From: an uncultured Solirubrobacterales bacterium
GTDB lineage: Bacteria; Actinomycetota; Thermoleophilia; Solirubrobacterales; JBBDJG01
Reading direction: 5' to 3'
Length of the DNA: 64,000 nucleotides
Assembly: GCA_963826005.1 (NCBI GenBank)
Contig: CAWGVJ010000014.1
Coordinates: forward strand, 14,017-78,016
The number at the start of each line of letters is the position of its first letter. Position 1 is the stretch's first letter. Shown here piece after piece: positions 1-10,306 of the stretch. The notes beneath the pieces are model-generated. The model did no database searches. It worked only from the letters and a program-made list of their open reading frames with translations, and was not told where the DNA came from. The position numbers and the translations under genes were made by a program.

Positions 1-478
1 CCGAGGTGAACGGGTTGGGCGTGATCACCTCGACGCCGTCCTTGGTCAGGTCGTCCCATGACTTGATGTTCTTGGGATTGCCCTTGCGGGTCGCGAGCAC
101 GACGACCGAGTTGGTGACGAAGCCGTCGTAGTCGTCCTTGTTCCAGTCCGCCGCGACCTTCTTGGCCTCGACGAGCTTGTCGACGTCGGGCGCAAGGGAC
201 AGCGCCACGACGTCAGCCTTGAGGCCGGCCTCGACCGCCCTCGCCTGGTCACCGGAGGCACCGTAGGACTGCTTGAAGCCCACGTCCTTGCCGTCGGCGG
301 TGTTCTTGAAGGCGGGAATGATCGCCTCGTACGCCTCCTGCGGCGTCGAGTAGGCGACGAGGCTGATGTTCCCGGCGCTCCCGGATGAATCGCTGCTGCC
401 ACCGCACGCGGCGAGGCCGAGTGCGGCGAGCAGCAGGAGCGGCAGGGCCGCGGTGGTGATGCGCTTACCGACGGTCAT
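1..478 (-). CDS. sulfate/thiosulfate ABC transporter substrate-binding lipoprotein, N-terminal part (continues beyond window start)
   Basis: Own minus-strand translation from ATG 478-476: MTVGKRITTAALPLLLLAALGLAACGGSS (lipobox LAAC), then ISLVAYSTPQEAYEAIIPAFK..QSYGASGDQARAVEAGLKADVVALSLAPDVDKL..RKGNPKNIKSWDDLTKDGVEVITPNPFTS. This resembles Sbp/CysP sulfate-binding proteins. It is absent from the ORF track because it runs off the window. Confidence 0.7.
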   Translation of the reverse strand, partial: MTVGKRITTAALPLLLLAALGLAACGGSSDSSGSAGNISLVAYSTPQEAYEAIIPAFKNTADGKDVGFKQSYGASGDQARAVEAGLKADVVALSLAPDVDKLVEAKKVAADWNKDDYDGFVTNSVVVLATRKGNPKNIKSWDDLTKDGVEVITPNPFTS

Positions 479-649
479 GGGCAGAGTATCCCCCTTTGTC
501 TATCGGACCCATAGGAAAGGTTACAGCGCGGCACGATACCAGAAACCCTCTAAATCCGATTGACAAAGACTGATTTAGCTTTCGGCATGGTAGCCGGTGG
601 GCCTCTTCACCAAACCGATGGAGAAAGAAGCCACTCCTAGAATCGGCGC

Positions 650-1801
650 ATGGAGGCGCCGGAGCGCTATCGCGTCGCGCTGCTCGACTGGCTCGCTTGC
701 GCAGTCGGTGGATCGGGGCAGCCGGCGGCGCGCGCCGCGCGGGCCGTGGGCGACGGCCTGCTCGAGCGCGTGACGTGGGCCGGATGCGCCGGGCACGTGC
801 TCGACTACGACGACACGTACTCGCCCGGCCTGGTGCACTGCACCGCGCCCGTCGCGCCGGTCGCGCTGCTGCTGGGCGCGGAGCTCGGACGCGACATCGA
901 CGCCGTGCTCGACGCCCACGCGGCCGGCTTCGAGATGACCGCGGCAGTGGCACGCGCGGGCCATCCCGCGCTGTACGAGCGGGGCTGGCACCCGACGGCG
1001 GTCTGCGGGACCGCGGGCGCCGCCGTCGCGGCGGCGCGGCTGCTGGGACTCACGGCCGACCGCACGGACGACGCCGTCGCGCTGGCGCTGCTGCGCGCCG
1101 GCGGCCTGCGCGCGGCCTTCGGCTCCGACGGCAAGGCGCTGCAGGTCGGCATGGCCGCGGCCGCCGGGCTGCACGCCGCGCGGCTCGCGCAGGGCGGCGC
1201 CCGCGTGCCGCTCGATGCGGTCTCGGCCGGGCCGGCCGGTTACACGGACGTGTTCGGCGCGGCGTGGCCGCCGGAGGGCGCAGCGGCAGGCCGTGCACCA
1301 GAACTGGATCAAGGCCTACCCGTGCTGTCTCGCGACCCACAGCGTGATCGAGGCCGCGCTCCAGCTGCGCGACAGCGGACCGGTGCGGTGACGCGGTGCG
1401 AGTCGTCGTGCACCCCGTCGCGCGATCCGCGGCGGCGCTCGACGACGTGTCCGACGGCCTGCAGGCCAAGTTCTCGATCCCGTACCTGGCCGCCTTCGCG
1501 CTGCTGCGCGGAGCCCCGCGGGTGTCTGACTTCGACCGCGTCGACGACGAGGCGCGCGCGCTGGCGGGGCGGATATCCGTGCGCACCGACGCCGCGCTCG
1601 CCGAGATGGAGGCGCATGTGGAGGTCGCCGGGCTGCCGGCGGCCCGGGTCGAGTCGCCGCTCGGCTCTCCCGGCCGGCCGATGGACGCGCAGCGACTGCG
1701 CGAGAAGCTGCACGAGCTGCGCGGGCGACCGCCTGGACGGGGCGCTCGACGATCCCTCGGCGCCGGCCACCGCGCTGGTCGCGGCCGCCGGCCTCGCCTA
1801 G
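650..1801 (+). pseudogene. MmgE/PrpD family protein (2-methylcitrate dehydratase-like), frame-disrupted as assembled
   Basis: N-terminal 210 aa of ORF 650..1801 has the motifs DYDDTYSPGLVHCTAPV and GWHPTAVCGTAGAA. It continues in frame 3 (HQNWIKAYPCCLATHSVIEAALQL, about 1296-1390), then in the 1396 frame (VVVHPVARSAAALDDVSDGLQAKFSIPYLAAFALL). It returns to the first frame for the C-terminus. At least 3 frame changes. Confidence 0.7.
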
Positions 1802-1803
1802 TC

Positions 1804-2526
1804 CTACGCCGCCGGCTCGGGCTCGCCGTCGAGCAGCGCGGCGCGGAACACCCGCTCCTCCTCGTCGAACAGGGCGCCCCAGGTGCGCTCGCCGTCGAAG
1901 AGGATCCGCCGCTTCGTCTCGATGATCGCGGCTCGCGGCATGCGCGCGATCGCCTCGCCCTTCGCCAGCGCGACCTGCGACAGCGCGTCCACGTCGCATA
2001 CGTCGCTGACGATGCCGAGCCGGGCGGCCTCGGCCGCCTCCACGACCCGGCCGGTGAGGCACAGCTCCCGCGCCAAGCCCGGGCTGAGCGCCGCGCGCGC
2101 GGCCGCGTAGCTCGGCGGGATGCCGATCGGCAGCTCCGGGTAGCCGAACGTCGCCCGCTGCGAGGCGATGCGCACGTCGCACAGGAGCGCCAGCGCGAAC
2201 CCGCCCGCGAGCGCCGGGCCGTTGACCGCGGCCACGACCGGCTTCGGACAGCGCCCGACGGCGTGGAACGCACCGGTGCTCGTCTCGAACAGGCGGCGGC
2301 GGTGCTCGAGGTCGCCTCCGAACTGCGACGTGTCCATGCCCGAGCAGAAGGCGGTCCCGGCACCCGTCAGCACGATGCACGCGACCCCGTCGTCGCGGGC
2401 GAGCCGCTCGAAGGCGTCGGCCAGCTCCAGCCGCAGGTCGATCGAGAGGGCGTTGCGCTTCTCCGGCCGCTGCAGCGTGACCACGGCCACGTCGCCGTGC
2501 GGTTCGATGGAGAGCAGGCCGGGCAC
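1804..2526 (-). CDS. enoyl-CoA hydratase/isomerase (crotonase) family protein
   Basis: Intact 240-aa ORF. Crotonase motifs VVTLQRPEKRNAL, LTGAGTAFCSGMD, AAVNGPALAGGFALALLCD. Confidence 0.85.
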   Translation of the reverse strand: MPGLLSIEPHGDVAVVTLQRPEKRNALSIDLRLELADAFERLARDDGVACIVLTGAGTAFCSGMDTSQFGGDLEHRRRLFETSTGAFHAVGRCPKPVVAAVNGPALAGGFALALLCDVRIASQRATFGYPELPIGIPPSYAAARAALSPGLARELCLTGRVVEAAEAARLGIVSDVCDVDALSQVALAKGEAIARMPRAAIIETKRRILFDGERTWGALFDEEERVFRAALLDGEPEPAA

Positions 2527-2574
2527 CGCGGCCAGCCTATACAGGAGGAGGGGTGCCCGCCTCCCGCGCCAGGA

Positions 2575-4758
2575 TCAAGGGACGAAGACGCCCTGCGTCG
2601 CGAACAGCGTGTTCGGCGTCGTGGAGACGACGCCGTCGGGACCGCCGTCGTTCACCCGCACGCGGTCCAGCTGCCAGATCGCACGCTTGCCCTCGGGCAC
2701 CGACCCCGGAGTGACCGCGTCGAGGCTGGTCGCGATCGAGCACGTCGACCCGATCGTGGTGCTCGCGGTCGTCGCGCACGGCACCGTCACCGGGAACGCG
2801 ACGTCGCTGCCCGTCGCCGGCTCCGTGGTTGACGGGCCGCTGAACTTGTCCGTCATGCGCACCTGCGTGGTCGCCTGGAGCTGTCCGGCGTAGTCGGCCA
2901 GCGAACCTTGCAGGCGTACGTCGGTGAAGCTGAAGATGAATGACACATCGGAGTCGTCGACCCCGCCGGGCGCGCCCACCATCACGTCGAATTTCGCAAA
3001 GCCGGATGCGTTCGCGGTCTGGCCGTTGGCGTCCGGGGATCCGATCGTGAGCTGCGTCGACTCGAGCAGCGGCGAGGCGCAGGAGAGGGACGCGAGCGGA
3101 GGCCCGTGCGTGCGATTCGGGGACGTGCACTGCCGGTAGGTCGGTACGAGCGACACACGGATCGGTGTCGCGCCCTTCGGCCGCGGGTACCCGGCCACGT
3201 CGGCGACGTACACGTCGCGCGCCGTGTCGGTGTCGGTGGTCATCAGCGACTCGAGGGTGTCGAAGTAGATGCGGAAGCCGTTGTCGGTCGTGCCCGCGAA
3301 GAAGGCGGCGACTGCCGCGTTGCCGCCGCTCGGCCCGATCGAGATGTGCGTGGTGGTGCCCGCGTATCGCTCGTAGACGTCGGTGACCGTGTCCGTGTCG
3401 GTGCCGACCAGCGACTCGGCCGTCTCGATCAGCACCCGCCCGCCGTCGAGCGCCTCCCCCGCGAAGCTCGCGTCGATCGCGCCGTTGCCGCCGGCCGGGC
3501 CCGTCGAAAGGAGCGTCGTGGTCGTGCCGCCCGTGCGTTCGTACACGTCGAACGCGGTGTCCGTGTCGCCGGCGGCGAGGGACTCCCTGGTCTCGAAGAA
3601 CACGCGCGTGCCGTCCGCGGAGGTCCCCGCGAAGCGGGCGTCGAACCCGCCGTTGCCGGGCGTCCCCGCGGACACGAGCTTGGTGGTGCCGCCGGAGCGC
3701 TCGTACACGTCGACGAACGCGTCCGTGTCGCCGGCGACGAGCGCCTCGCGGGTCTCGAAGAACACGCGCGTGCCGAGGCTGGAGTTGCCCTCAAAGGTCG
3801 CGGCGAACGCCCCGTTGCCGGGCGTGGACACGAGCGTGGTCGTCCCGCCCGAGCGCTCGTACACGTCCTCGCTCGCGTCGGTATCGGAGGCCGACAGCGA
3901 TTCCTCCGTCGCAAAGAACACGCGGGAGCCGTCCAGCGAGGAGCCCTGGAAGGTCGCGTCGTCGGGGCCGTTGCCCCCGGGCGGGCCCGTCGACACCAGC
4001 GTGGTCGTGCCGCCCGCGCGCTGGTACACGTCGAGGACCGCGTCGGTATCGCCCGCGGTGAGGGACTCCTCCGTCTCGAAGAACACCTTGGTGCCATCCG
4101 CGGAGATCCCCGCGAAATACGTGGGCAGCTCGTCGTTCCCGGGCGTGCCGGCCGAGACCAGGGTGGTGGTCCCCGCCGAGCGCTCGTAGAGGTCGGTCTG
4201 AGTGTCGGTGTCGGCGGCGACCAGGGGCTCGTCCGTGTCGAAGAAGACACGCGAGCCGTCTTTGGAGATCGCATCGAAGTACGCGTCCACGTCGGCGTTC
4301 CCTCCGGCCGGGCCCGTCGAGACGAGATTCGTGGTGGACCCCACGCGTTCGTAGACATCGAAGACCCCGTCGGTGTCGGCGGCCACGAGCGACTCGTCGG
4401 TCTCGAAGAACGCGTGCGTGCCGTCACTCGATGCGTCGGAGGGGTACACGTCGAGCCCGCCGTTGCCGCCCGTGGGGCCGGTGGAGATCAGCGTGGTGGT
4501 GCCCCACTCGCGCTGGTAGAGGTCGTAGCTGGCGTCGGTATCGGCCGCGACCAGCGACTCGGGAGTCTCGAAGAACATGCGCGAGCCGTCGCTGGCCGCG
4601 AAATCGAAGAACACGCTCGCGTTCGCGTTGCCGCCCGTGGGGCCGATCGAAAGGTGGTCCTTGAGCGAGTGGTTGGCCCAGGCGCCCGGCGCAGCCACCG
4701 CCATGGCCACCGCCAGGGCAAGCAGCATCTGAAGGACGTTCCGTGCGCTGCGCGTCAC
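2575..4758 (-). CDS. secreted protein with nine tandem ~54-aa propeller-like repeats (PD40/TolB-like) plus a ~200-aa C-terminal domain
   Basis: Intact 727-aa ORF. Signal peptide MTRSARNVLQMLLALAVAMAVAAPGAWA. Repeat consensus DVYER.GGTTTLVSTGP.GGNG..DA.F.G.S.DG.RVFFET.ESLVA.DTD. Confidence 0.8.
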   Translation of the reverse strand: MTRSARNVLQMLLALAVAMAVAAPGAWANHSLKDHLSIGPTGGNANASVFFDFAASDGSRMFFETPESLVAADTDASYDLYQREWGTTTLISTGPTGGNGGLDVYPSDASSDGTHAFFETDESLVAADTDGVFDVYERVGSTTNLVSTGPAGGNADVDAYFDAISKDGSRVFFDTDEPLVAADTDTQTDLYERSAGTTTLVSAGTPGNDELPTYFAGISADGTKVFFETEESLTAGDTDAVLDVYQRAGGTTTLVSTGPPGGNGPDDATFQGSSLDGSRVFFATEESLSASDTDASEDVYERSGGTTTLVSTPGNGAFAATFEGNSSLGTRVFFETREALVAGDTDAFVDVYERSGGTTKLVSAGTPGNGGFDARFAGTSADGTRVFFETRESLAAGDTDTAFDVYERTGGTTTTLLSTGPAGGNGAIDASFAGEALDGGRVLIETAESLVGTDTDTVTDVYERYAGTTTHISIGPSGGNAAVAAFFAGTTDNGFRIYFDTLESLMTTDTDTARDVYVADVAGYPRPKGATPIRVSLVPTYRQCTSPNRTHGPPLASLSCASPLLESTQLTIGSPDANGQTANASGFAKFDVMVGAPGGVDDSDVSFIFSFTDVRLQGSLADYAGQLQATTQVRMTDKFSGPSTTEPATGSDVAFPVTVPCATTASTTIGSTCSIATSLDAVTPGSVPEGKRAIWQLDRVRVNDGGPDGVVSTTPNTLFATQGVFVP
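3205..4659 (-). repeat. coding tandem repeat, about 9 units of ~54 codons inside the secreted protein
   Basis: Residues ~34-518 of ORF 2575..4758 counted by hand. Each unit ends in DTD...DVYER. Confidence 0.7.
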
Positions 4759-4928
4759 TGATTCCCTGCCCTCTCCCCACGGCCGGCCACCGGTCAGCCC
4801 GGCCTCATCGCGCCAATAAACACAAGCCTGTGACCCCTGTCAAGGCCCATCGCGACTATTTCGCCGCGATCGAGGGTACCTGTATCGCAAGGACACGGGA
4901 CCCTGACCCCCTGTACTGAGGTAGCCGA

Positions 4929-5165
4929 ATGGCAGAGTGGAAGTTCCTTACCAACCATGCCCACGTGTTGCTGTGCGTCGCGCATGAGCCGCACTTCCAC
5001 CCGGACACGGTCATGCAGCACCCGAACCTCCAGAACTCGATGCTCGGCGACCTCACGCTCGGAGAGCTGGTCGCGCCGCTGATCGATCCAGGGACCCGCC
5101 TCAACGGGCACGCCGCCGGCTTGATGAACGGCGCCCGGGTGCGCGCCGCCCAGGGGCGCCGCTAG
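4929..5165 (+). CDS. hypothetical protein (78 aa)
   Basis: Very high third-position GC in this frame. The N-terminus MAEWKFLTNHAHVLLC resembles small actinobacterial winged-helix proteins, but the rest does not align to what I remember of them. Confidence 0.45.
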   Translation: MAEWKFLTNHAHVLLCVAHEPHFHPDTVMQHPNLQNSMLGDLTLGELVAPLIDPGTRLNGHAAGLMNGARVRAAQGRR

Positions 5166-5172
5166 CCCGGTC

Positions 5173-5718
5173 TCAGAGGCTCTGACGCCGGCGCTGCAGC
5201 TGGCGGATCTGGAAGCGTGCGAGGTCGGTGATGTCGCCCGACATGCGGCGCAGCTCCTCGTGGACTCCCTTGCGGCGCTCGAGCGCCGCCATCCGGATCG
5301 CGAGCCGGTGGTGAGCGATCATCGCGTCGGCGTATGCGCGGTCGAAGTCTTCGGCCTTGCGCAGCGCGGGTGGGTCGAGCGTCGTCCGGGGGACGCCCAG
5401 CGAGCCCTGCTCCACACCGCCCTCCGTCAGGACCCGCCGCACCGTGCGCAGGGTCTGCGCCTCCACCGACGTCAGCTGGATCAGGTCCCGCGCGGAGCGG
5501 CGCACGACGGGATCCCGGGCACGGCGGAGCGCGAGGTCTGCCGCATCGATCCCGCGCTCGTGGTGGTCCAGCATCTCGGCGGCGAACGCCAGGTCCGTCT
5601 CGTTCGCCTGGATCCGCCCGATATCGCTCTTGTCGTCCCCGCCTCCTCCGCACCCGGCGACCGCCAGCACGAGCACCACCGACACGAGAACGGAGATTTG
5701 CTTGAGGAGACCGCGCAT
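5173..5718 (-). CDS. DUF305-family lipoprotein
   Basis: Start at internal ATG 5718-5716 of ORF 5173..6414: MRGLLKQISVLVSVVLVLAVAGCGG (lipobox). Two histidine motifs, FAAEMLDHHERGI and YADAMIAHHRLAIRMA, are typical of DUF305. Confidence 0.8.
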   Translation of the reverse strand: MRGLLKQISVLVSVVLVLAVAGCGGGGDDKSDIGRIQANETDLAFAAEMLDHHERGIDAADLALRRARDPVVRRSARDLIQLTSVEAQTLRTVRRVLTEGGVEQGSLGVPRTTLDPPALRKAEDFDRAYADAMIAHHRLAIRMAALERRKGVHEELRRMSGDITDLARFQIRQLQRRRQSL

Positions 5719-5765
5719 CGCCGGGCAGGGTAGCTTCCCGCCGGGCCGCCGGGCGGTTTCCCGTA

Positions 5766-6197
5766 TCAGTAGCGGGCGTCGACCACGTCGGGTCGGCGAC
5801 GCCGGTCCTCGCGGAGGCCGCCCCCGAAGAACGCCTCCAGCACCGCGTTCACGAACCAGATGATGATGGTGGCCAGCACGGCCCACCAGAAGGTGTCGAT
5901 CGTGAAGTCGTCGACGATCCAGCTCGTCAGGTAGAGCATGAGGAGGTTGATGAAGAAGAGGGCGATGCCGAGCGTCAGCAGAACCAGCGGCAGCGTGAAC
6001 AGGATGACCAGCGGGCGCACGAAGATGTTGACCACGCTGAACACCAGGCTCGCGACGATCAGTACCCCGATGCCGTTGTAGTCGATGCCGCTGAGGAGCG
6101 CGGCGGCGACCCACAGCGCGACGAAGTTGGAGGCCCAGGTGGCGAGGAACCGGAGTAGCACGAACCTGAAGATAGGCCGTCCCGGCGCCGGAGGCAA
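5766..6197 (-). CDS. DUF360 / phage-holin-family-IV-like membrane protein
   Basis: 143-aa ORF with 4 hydrophobic segments, e.g. VRPLVILFTLPLVLLTLGIALFFINLLMLYLTSWIV. Confidence 0.65.
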   Translation of the reverse strand: MPPAPGRPIFRFVLLRFLATWASNFVALWVAAALLSGIDYNGIGVLIVASLVFSVVNIFVRPLVILFTLPLVLLTLGIALFFINLLMLYLTSWIVDDFTIDTFWWAVLATIIIWFVNAVLEAFFGGGLREDRRRRPDVVDARY

Positions 6198-6213
6198 TTA
6201 GGCTGCAAGGGCG

Positions 6214-6573
6214 ATGGCGAAGATGACGATCGAGGAGCTGCTGGGCGCGGCCCGCGCGCGGCTGCAGCGCCTGGATCCGCCCGCGGCGCAGGCCGCGATG
6301 GCGGCCGGGGCGCAGCTGGTCGACGTGCGCTCGGAGAGCCAGCGCCAGCGCGACGGCGTCGTGCCGGGAGCGACCTTCATCGCGCGCAACGTTCTGGAGT
6401 GGCGGGTCGAGCAAATGCAGGCCGCCCCCCGCGTGATCGTGATGTGCGACGAGGGCTACCAGTCGAGCCTCGCGGCCGCCACGCTGCGCGACCTCGGCCT
6501 GGACGCCACCGACCTGGCCGGCGGGTTCCAGGCCTGGCGCGCAGGTGGCTTCGAGGTGGTGCCCTCGGACTAG
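6214..6573 (+). CDS. rhodanese-like domain protein
   Basis: 119-aa ORF. Active-site loop VIVMCDEGYQSSLAA. C-terminal GGFQAWRAGG. Confidence 0.8.
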   Translation: MAKMTIEELLGAARARLQRLDPPAAQAAMAAGAQLVDVRSESQRQRDGVVPGATFIARNVLEWRVEQMQAAPRVIVMCDEGYQSSLAAATLRDLGLDATDLAGGFQAWRAGGFEVVPSD

Positions 6574-6681
6574 CGCCCCAGGAGCGCCGGTTGATCTGAC
6601 GGCAAACGGACTACGCAGTGACCCTCTGCACCTACCGAGACCTTAGGCTTGGCAAAGTGAGGAGCCCGTAGCATCCTTCCC

Positions 6682-8109
6682 ATGACGGATCCGAGCGAGT
6701 GGCGCGCCGAGCTGGACCAAGCTCTGGAGGTCGCCGCGGCGGAGGCGCGCGGGTTCCTCGGCCGACTGGACGACGATCCCGTGCAGCCCGCGGGCAGCGA
6801 GGACGCCGCCGTCGCGCTCGGTGGTGAGCTTCCCGAGGACGGCGAGGGTGCCCCGGTCGCGATCGGCGAGCTGGGCTCCATGGGGCGCGCTGTTGCTACG
6901 CGCTCAGCCGGTCCCCGCTTCTTCCACTTCGTGATCGGCGGCGTCACGCCGGCCGCGCTCGCCGCGGATTGGCTCACCTCGAGCTTCGACCAGAACGCCG
7001 GCGCCTGGGTCGGCTCCCCGTTCGCGAGCCGGCTCGAGAGCATCTGCCTCGAGTGGCTGCGCGACATGTTCGAGCTCCCACCGCAGTTCGGCGGGGTTCT
7101 GGTGACAGGGGGAACGATGGCGAACTTCGTCTGCCTCGCAGTCGCGCGGGACTGGTGTGCGGAGCGTCTCGGCGCGCAGGCGCGGGAAGCGGGGTTGGCC
7201 GGCCTTCCCCAGATCCCCGTCTTCTCGAGCGGATACATCCATGCGAGCGCCGTGAAGTCCCTGGCGCTCTTGGGGATTGGCACGGACCATGTGCACAAGC
7301 TCGCGCGGGATCCCGCAGGCCGCCTCGACCTTGCTGCGCTCGAGCGGAGCCTGGTCGGGCTGGAGGGAGCGCCGGCAATCGTCGTCGCGAACGCCGGCGA
7401 AGTGAACACCGGCGATTTCGACCCGATCGCTGCGATGGCGGACCTGGCAGACGAGCATGATGTCTGGCTCCACGTCGACGGTGCCTTTGGACTGTTCGCT
7501 CGCATCTCGCCAAGGTCCGCACACCTCGCCGCCGGAGCTGAGCGAGCACGGTCTGTCTCCTCGGACGGCCACAAGTGGCTCAACGTGCCGCACGACTGCG
7601 GCTTCGCTTTCGTCCGCGATCCGGAGCGTCTGGTTGCAACCTTCTCCGAGGAGGCGGCCTATCTCCCGTCTCCAGAGGAGTCACGGCCGAGCTGGGGGTT
7701 CATGGGGCCCGAGGGCTCGCGACGGGCGCGCGCACTCACCATCTGGGCGGCGCTGCGCGCATACGGTCGTTCGGGCTACCGCTCGATGGTCGAGCGTCAC
7801 CTGGAGCTCGCTAGGCGGCTCGCCGAGCGCGTCGATGCGGAACCGGAGCTGGAGCGGCTCGCCGAGGTGCCGCTGAACATCGTGTGCTTCCGATGGCGGC
7901 CCGCAGGTGCGACCGAGGTTCAGCTCGACGGGCTCAACAGCCGCCTCGGGCAGGCGCTGCTACGGGACGGACGGGTATTCGCCGGCCTGACCGTGTTCGA
8001 GGGCAAGGTCGCCTTTCGTCCCGCGATAGTCAACTGGCGCACCCGTCCCGAAGATGTCGACGCGCTGGTCGACGTCCTCCTCGAGCTCGCTCCCGGGGTG
8101 CGCGAATAG
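6682..8109 (+). CDS. pyridoxal-dependent (group II) amino-acid decarboxylase family protein
   Basis: Intact 475-aa ORF. GGTMANF, HVDGAFG and the PLP-lysine motif SSDGHKWLNVPHDCG. Confidence 0.85.
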   Translation: MTDPSEWRAELDQALEVAAAEARGFLGRLDDDPVQPAGSEDAAVALGGELPEDGEGAPVAIGELGSMGRAVATRSAGPRFFHFVIGGVTPAALAADWLTSSFDQNAGAWVGSPFASRLESICLEWLRDMFELPPQFGGVLVTGGTMANFVCLAVARDWCAERLGAQAREAGLAGLPQIPVFSSGYIHASAVKSLALLGIGTDHVHKLARDPAGRLDLAALERSLVGLEGAPAIVVANAGEVNTGDFDPIAAMADLADEHDVWLHVDGAFGLFARISPRSAHLAAGAERARSVSSDGHKWLNVPHDCGFAFVRDPERLVATFSEEAAYLPSPEESRPSWGFMGPEGSRRARALTIWAALRAYGRSGYRSMVERHLELARRLAERVDAEPELERLAEVPLNIVCFRWRPAGATEVQLDGLNSRLGQALLRDGRVFAGLTVFEGKVAFRPAIVNWRTRPEDVDALVDVLLELAPGVRE

Positions 8110-8122
8110 CTGGGATGCGCTC

Positions 8123-8533
8123 CTACGCCCGCGGACCCGCGGCTTCGAGCGCCTGTTCGAACGTCGGGAACTCCTCGATTCGCCAAATGTGTCCACCCTT
8201 GAAGCTGATCAGGCAAGCGAACGAGTCCTGAACCCACGAGTCGGCGTCGCTTCCCTTGAGCCCACGCGCCTTTTGCCGCTCCACGGTCACAACCTGGTCA
8301 CCGGCATCGACTATCTCGACGGCTTCCACACGAAACTCAGCGTAGAGGTCGGACCATGAGTCGAAGAACTCCGTGATTTCCTGGAGTCCCCGATAGCAGC
8401 CCGAAACGCCCGGAGCCGTCTTGAGCGTCTCGTATTCGATGTCCGGATGACAGAGGTCGGCCAGTGCCGCCCAGTCTCTCGCGGCGAACGCGGCGTATTC
8501 GCGTCGGACGATCTCCACTTGCTCCTGCGACAT
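8123..8533 (-). CDS. NTF2/SnoaL-like protein (singleton member of the array family)
   Basis: Last 136 aa of ORF 8123..12088 starting at ATG 8533-8531: MSQEQVEIVRREYAAFAARDWAAL...FEQALEAAGPRA. Confidence 0.8.
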   Translation of the reverse strand: MSQEQVEIVRREYAAFAARDWAALADLCHPDIEYETLKTAPGVSGCYRGLQEITEFFDSWSDLYAEFRVEAVEIVDAGDQVVTVERQKARGLKGSDADSWVQDSFACLISFKGGHIWRIEEFPTFEQALEAAGPRA

Positions 8534-10306
8534 CCGGCGCACAGTATTCCGCCTCACGCGAGATCGCTGAGGACCTGCGCGCGATTCGGCGACCGTGGCG
8601 ACTACAGCTATCCGCAGCCGGTGTTGTTGCCGCAGCTCGAGCACGTGTAGCAACTGCCCGTGCGCTGCATCATCCCTCCGCATTGCGAGCAGGCGGGGCC
8701 GAGGTCGAGACCCTCGATCTTGGCCGGCACCACCGGCGGGGTGTCCGTCAGCGCTGCAGTCGCAGGCTGTGCCTCCGCCTTCGCCTCGCCGTTCGAGTGG
8801 CCGTTGCCACCGTTCGCGTGGCCGTTCCCGCCGGCGCCCGACTCCTCGGCCATCTTCTTCGCGCGCACGTCGGCGCTCATGATGCCGAGCTCCTCGTGCA
8901 CGGACGAGTCGAGGAAACGGGATGCGAGCCAGCGCATGATGTAGTCGGGCAGCGACTTCGCGAACGGGATCTCCGGGTTCGTCGTCATGCCCTCCGGGTC
9001 GAAGCGCATGTAGCTGAACTTGCGCACGAAGGTCTCGAGCGGCACGCCGTACTGCAGTCCGATCGAGATCGCGGTCGCGAACGCGTTCATCATGCCGCGC
9101 AGCGTGGAGCCGTCCTTGCCGATGTCGGTGAGGAAGATCTCCCCGAGCTCGCCGTCCTCGTAGCGGCCGGCGGTGATGTAGCCCTCGTGGCCGGCGACCG
9201 AGAACTTGTGCGTGAGCGACTCGCGCTCGCGCGGCAGCCGCTTGCGCGCCGGGGCGGCGGCCTCGGCCGGTGCGTCCTTCGACTTCTTCGCGTCGGTGCG
9301 CAGCGCCTGCGCGGTCTTCGAGCCGTCGCGGTAGATCGCGAGCGCCTTCACGCCCAGGCGGCCGGCCTCCATGTACGCGTCGCGGATGTCGCCGACGGTC
9401 GAGTCCTCCGGCATGTTCACCGTCTTCGAGATCGCGCCCGAGATGAACGGCTGCGTCGCGGCCATCATCTGGATGTGGCCCATGGGCGAGATCGCGCGCT
9501 GGCCGACGGCCACGTCGAACACCGGCAGATCCTCGTCCCGTATCTCCGGAGCGCCGATGATCGTGCGGTGGTCGTTCACGTAGGCCTCGATCTCCGTGAC
9601 TTGCTCCTCCGTGTAGCCGAGCTTGCGCAGGGCACGCGGGCACCGTGCGGTTCACGATCGTCATCTGCCCGCCGCCCACCAGCTCCTTGAGCTTCACCAG
9701 TGAGAAGTCGGGCTCGATGCCGGTCGTGTCGCAGTCCATCAGGAAGCTGATCGTGCCGGTCGGAGCCAGCACGGTGGCCTGCGCGTTGCGGTGCCCGTGC
9801 CGCTCACCGACCTCGACCGCCTCGTCCCACGAGCGGCGGGCGGCCGCGAGCAGGCCGGCCTCGACGTGCTCGTCGATCTCGTACGCGGCGGTGCGGTGCT
9901 TGCGCATCACGCGCAGGTGCGGCTCGCGGTTCTTTGCGAACTCGTCGTACGGGCCCATCGCCGCAGCGAGCTCACCCGAGGTCCGGTACGCGCGGCCGGT
10001 CATCAGCGCCGTGATCGCGGCCGCCACGGAGCGGCCCTCGTGCGAGTCGTACGGCAGCCCGCGCGCCATCAGCAGCGCGCCAAGGTTCGCGTAGCCCAGG
10101 CCGAGCTGGCGCATCGCACGCGCGTTGCGCCCGATCTCCTCGGTCGGGTAGCTGGACGGCCCGACGACGATCTCCTGCGCGGTGAACATGACGTCCACCG
10201 TGTGCTCGAACGCGGCCGTGTCGAAGGTGCCGTCGTCGCTCAGGAACTTGAGCAGGTTGATCGACGCGAGGTTGCAGGCCGAGTCATCGACGTGCATGTA
10301 CTCGGA

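Noticed and set aside
571-610. TTGACA -35-like hexamer in the divergent region between the sulfate-binding and PrpD-like genes
   Set aside because: There is no acceptable -10 element at 16-19 nt spacing in either orientation.
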